Shown: in pieces, positions 61,777-64,000 of the stretch
Numbering within the stretch: the first letter of the stretch is position 1
Layout: every line of letters starts with the position of its first letter
Source of the DNA: Antedon mediterranea
Taxonomy: Eukaryota > Animalia > Echinodermata
Direction: 5' to 3'
NCBI RefSeq assembly: GCF_964355755.1
Contig: NC_092673.1
Location: 31,741,648 to 31,805,647, forward strand
Length of the DNA stretch: 64,000 bases
Program-made: the position numbers and the translations under genes
The notes under the pieces: generated by a model
The model's database searches: none
What the model was told of the DNA's origin: nothing
The model's input: only the letters and a program-made list of their open reading frames with translations

Positions 61777-64000
61777 TCCTCAGCGGTTTACAATAGTAAA
61801 TTGAATTGTGGCGAGGCGGACAGAAGTAAATATACAATATCACAACCGATCTTAATGTATGAGTGTTTATTTAACACCATTCAATTCTGTAAAGATTGAA
61901 TAAAAACAAAGGTTACAGTAAAAGTCAACCTGACTAAAAAGCTCATGTAAATATAAAGATGAAACATACATAAAACATTATTTCAATATTAGATTAATGC
62001 ATCCATAATCATCAACCCTTTCAATAATGACTTGTCATTAGACAGTTAACAATATTCCTTTCATGTTCAATTCTGATTCATTAATTCAAACATATTATAA
62101 AGCATAATCAATGGAAACTTACTACTTTGACCGGATGTAATTAACATTTAAACAAGTCTCTGATTAACTTCAGTTCAGTATCTTAAGCAGATTAACAGTT
62201 GGTAGATCCCTAAACATCACAGTATAAATATTTTAATGATATTTACTAAAAACTGGTAAATTAACAGAATTAAATTACTTATAAAAACATCGATGCGAGT
62301 CAGCTGCTCGCCATGCTGGATCTACGCTAGTTTATTAGAGACAAGAAAGGACGCCCTCAATGTTAACTAAATAAATATCTGTTTCACACGAAACACCTTT
62401 GTTGTTGTACACGTTAGATAGTGCTTTAGAGGATTATTTAGAGTTCATCATAATTCTATTACAAGGACTTTTAAATGACATAATAACTTCACACCTCCCA
62501 ATCCTCCTTGTGGTCGTCGAGAAAATCTGCCACAGCATTCCTCATGTCAGCCTGAGTCAATCCATGCCATTGCAGAAGCATGTTGGATTCTTGTGCAAGG
62601 GCATGGTAGAGACAATTGCCATCACCAGGGGTTGGAGGGTCACATATTTTGAGTCTGGCATCATAAAGTTTTTTCTGTAATAGATTGTTTCTTTCTACTT
62701 CTTGCTTAAACGCTCTGCTTGTTTCATTTAAGGCATCTAACAATGCCAGAGATTCTGCAACGTAAGCTAAAATAAATAATATTAGATAAATACCTTCATG
62801 AAAATGTATACGTAGGCTATGTGTATTTTAGCGTCGCTTATGATACATTGTTATATAGTCATGCGTTCGTCTTAAACTAACTATAAGTTTTTGTACAAAC
62901 ACAAGCGATACAAACCATTCATTTCTTCTGTCCATTTTTCTGGGAGTGAGTAAAACAATCTGCTGACATCAGATTTATCAGGACCTTTAAAAATAAGAAC
63001 AGTTAGTTATGCCAAAACTATAAATCGTTTAAAATTGTGTTATTTAAACTAACGATAAGTCTCAATTTTATTACTTTTTAAAAATATTTTTACCTTCTCT
63101 TGAAGCATGGAGGTCTACTAAAATGTGTGCAATCTCGCTTTTTAAATCATCAGTGCCTGCAAATGTGTGAATAATAAACTTTACAAAACATAATATTACT
63201 TTTAAATATCCTTTTATCTATTATATATGCAAATACATTGTTGAAAATACTGAGATTTTTTTAATCTACAAAGATATATGTAAGTAATTATTGTGAGTGT
63301 TCTGTGTAACCTACTTCGATTTTTAGTCGCGTGCAAACGAGAATCTACAGCTCGCTATGTCGTTCGTTTGGTTGGTCGGTCGCTCGGTCGGTCGGTAAAC
63401 ATTAACTCAAATTTTAGCAGGCGAATGCAGCCATGTATATGACCTTATTTCATTACTATTGACTTACTATCTTCCAGATTGGCATTAGTATTCATACATT
63501 TATGGTCTTCTTCTGGCACATGGGAGCGGGCTTCTTCTGACATAACATCAAATGAAACAACATCATCTAACAAAATTCAAATGACATGGTGGGAAATTGT
63601 ACTGTTTCATCTTAAAGTATGTTCGTTGTTTAGGGGTTTTCATGTTGTAGGTTACATGTTTATCACATTAAACCATGAATTGTAAATGTTCTTATTGGCC
63701 TACATGATTACTTCTCGAATAGTATAAGTTGTAACGTTACTGTACCATTTATGTTTTCGACTGGAATAAAGAAACAACTATCAATTGATTTATAGTTATT
63801 TGTGTCAGAGTCGTCTGATTCTATAAAATAAAACACAATTATTTAAAAATGATATGACGGTACTCTTTACTACTGTACTGTGATGTGTCCAAAACTATTT
63901 CTAGTACAACTTACCATTACTTTCATCCGAAATTTCGGGTAAAGGCACGTCTATAAAGAGAATAAAAAAGAGAAAAGAACAATTATATACATACATACAA

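Larger units (their letters stand above)
56540..62395 (-). mobile_element. BEL/Pao LTR retrotransposon, internal-deletion derivative
   Basis: LTRs 62395-61809 and 56928-56540 (TG..CA), 5-bp TSD CCTTT (56535-39, 62396-400), PPT TGGGGGAGGA next to the 3' LTR. Confidence 0.95.
51243..63950 (-). pseudogene. Multi-exon gene with OTU-like cysteine protease domain (probably frameshifted; extends beyond the window)
   Basis: Exon 62766-62495 (PTPGDGNCLYHALA..MRNAVADFL) joins exon 56483-56227 (WDAYIEGVRTPGVWGDQVVLTAAA; IYLAYIEGLHYS in a shifted frame). Further AG/GT-bounded small exons near 63950, 63566, 63156, 62983, 56001, 55699, 55450, 51510 and 51333 are less certain. Confidence 0.65.

Overview
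This is AT-rich eukaryotic (invertebrate-like) genomic DNA and is very dense in transposons. Host genes: (1) an intact 23-exon Drosha gene (+, 8468..18633, about 1302 aa). (2) A convergent TRMT10C/MRPP1 copy (-, 24687..20741) broken by a 2.86-kb TIR element and a 1-bp frameshift. (3) A fragmented multi-exon OTU-protease gene (-, about 51.2 kb to the window end) whose introns host a LINE and a BEL/Pao element. Bases 1..7627 recur, apparently identically, at 33519..41145 (offset 33,518). The duplication stops exactly at the terminus of a MITE whose family shows a 9-bp TSD (Mutator-type), and it cuts a PIF/Harbinger element that is complete only in the right-hand copy. So the left copy is the derived one, possibly a composite macro-transposon of about 12 kb that landed about 840 bp upstream of Drosha. 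The rest is nested DNA transposons (Harbinger, MULE, hAT, Kolobok-, pogo-, P-, CACTA- and Helentron-like), LINE fragments, a solo LTR and a BEL/Pao deletion derivative lacking RT/RNase H. All calls come from manual reading; no searches or alignments were run.
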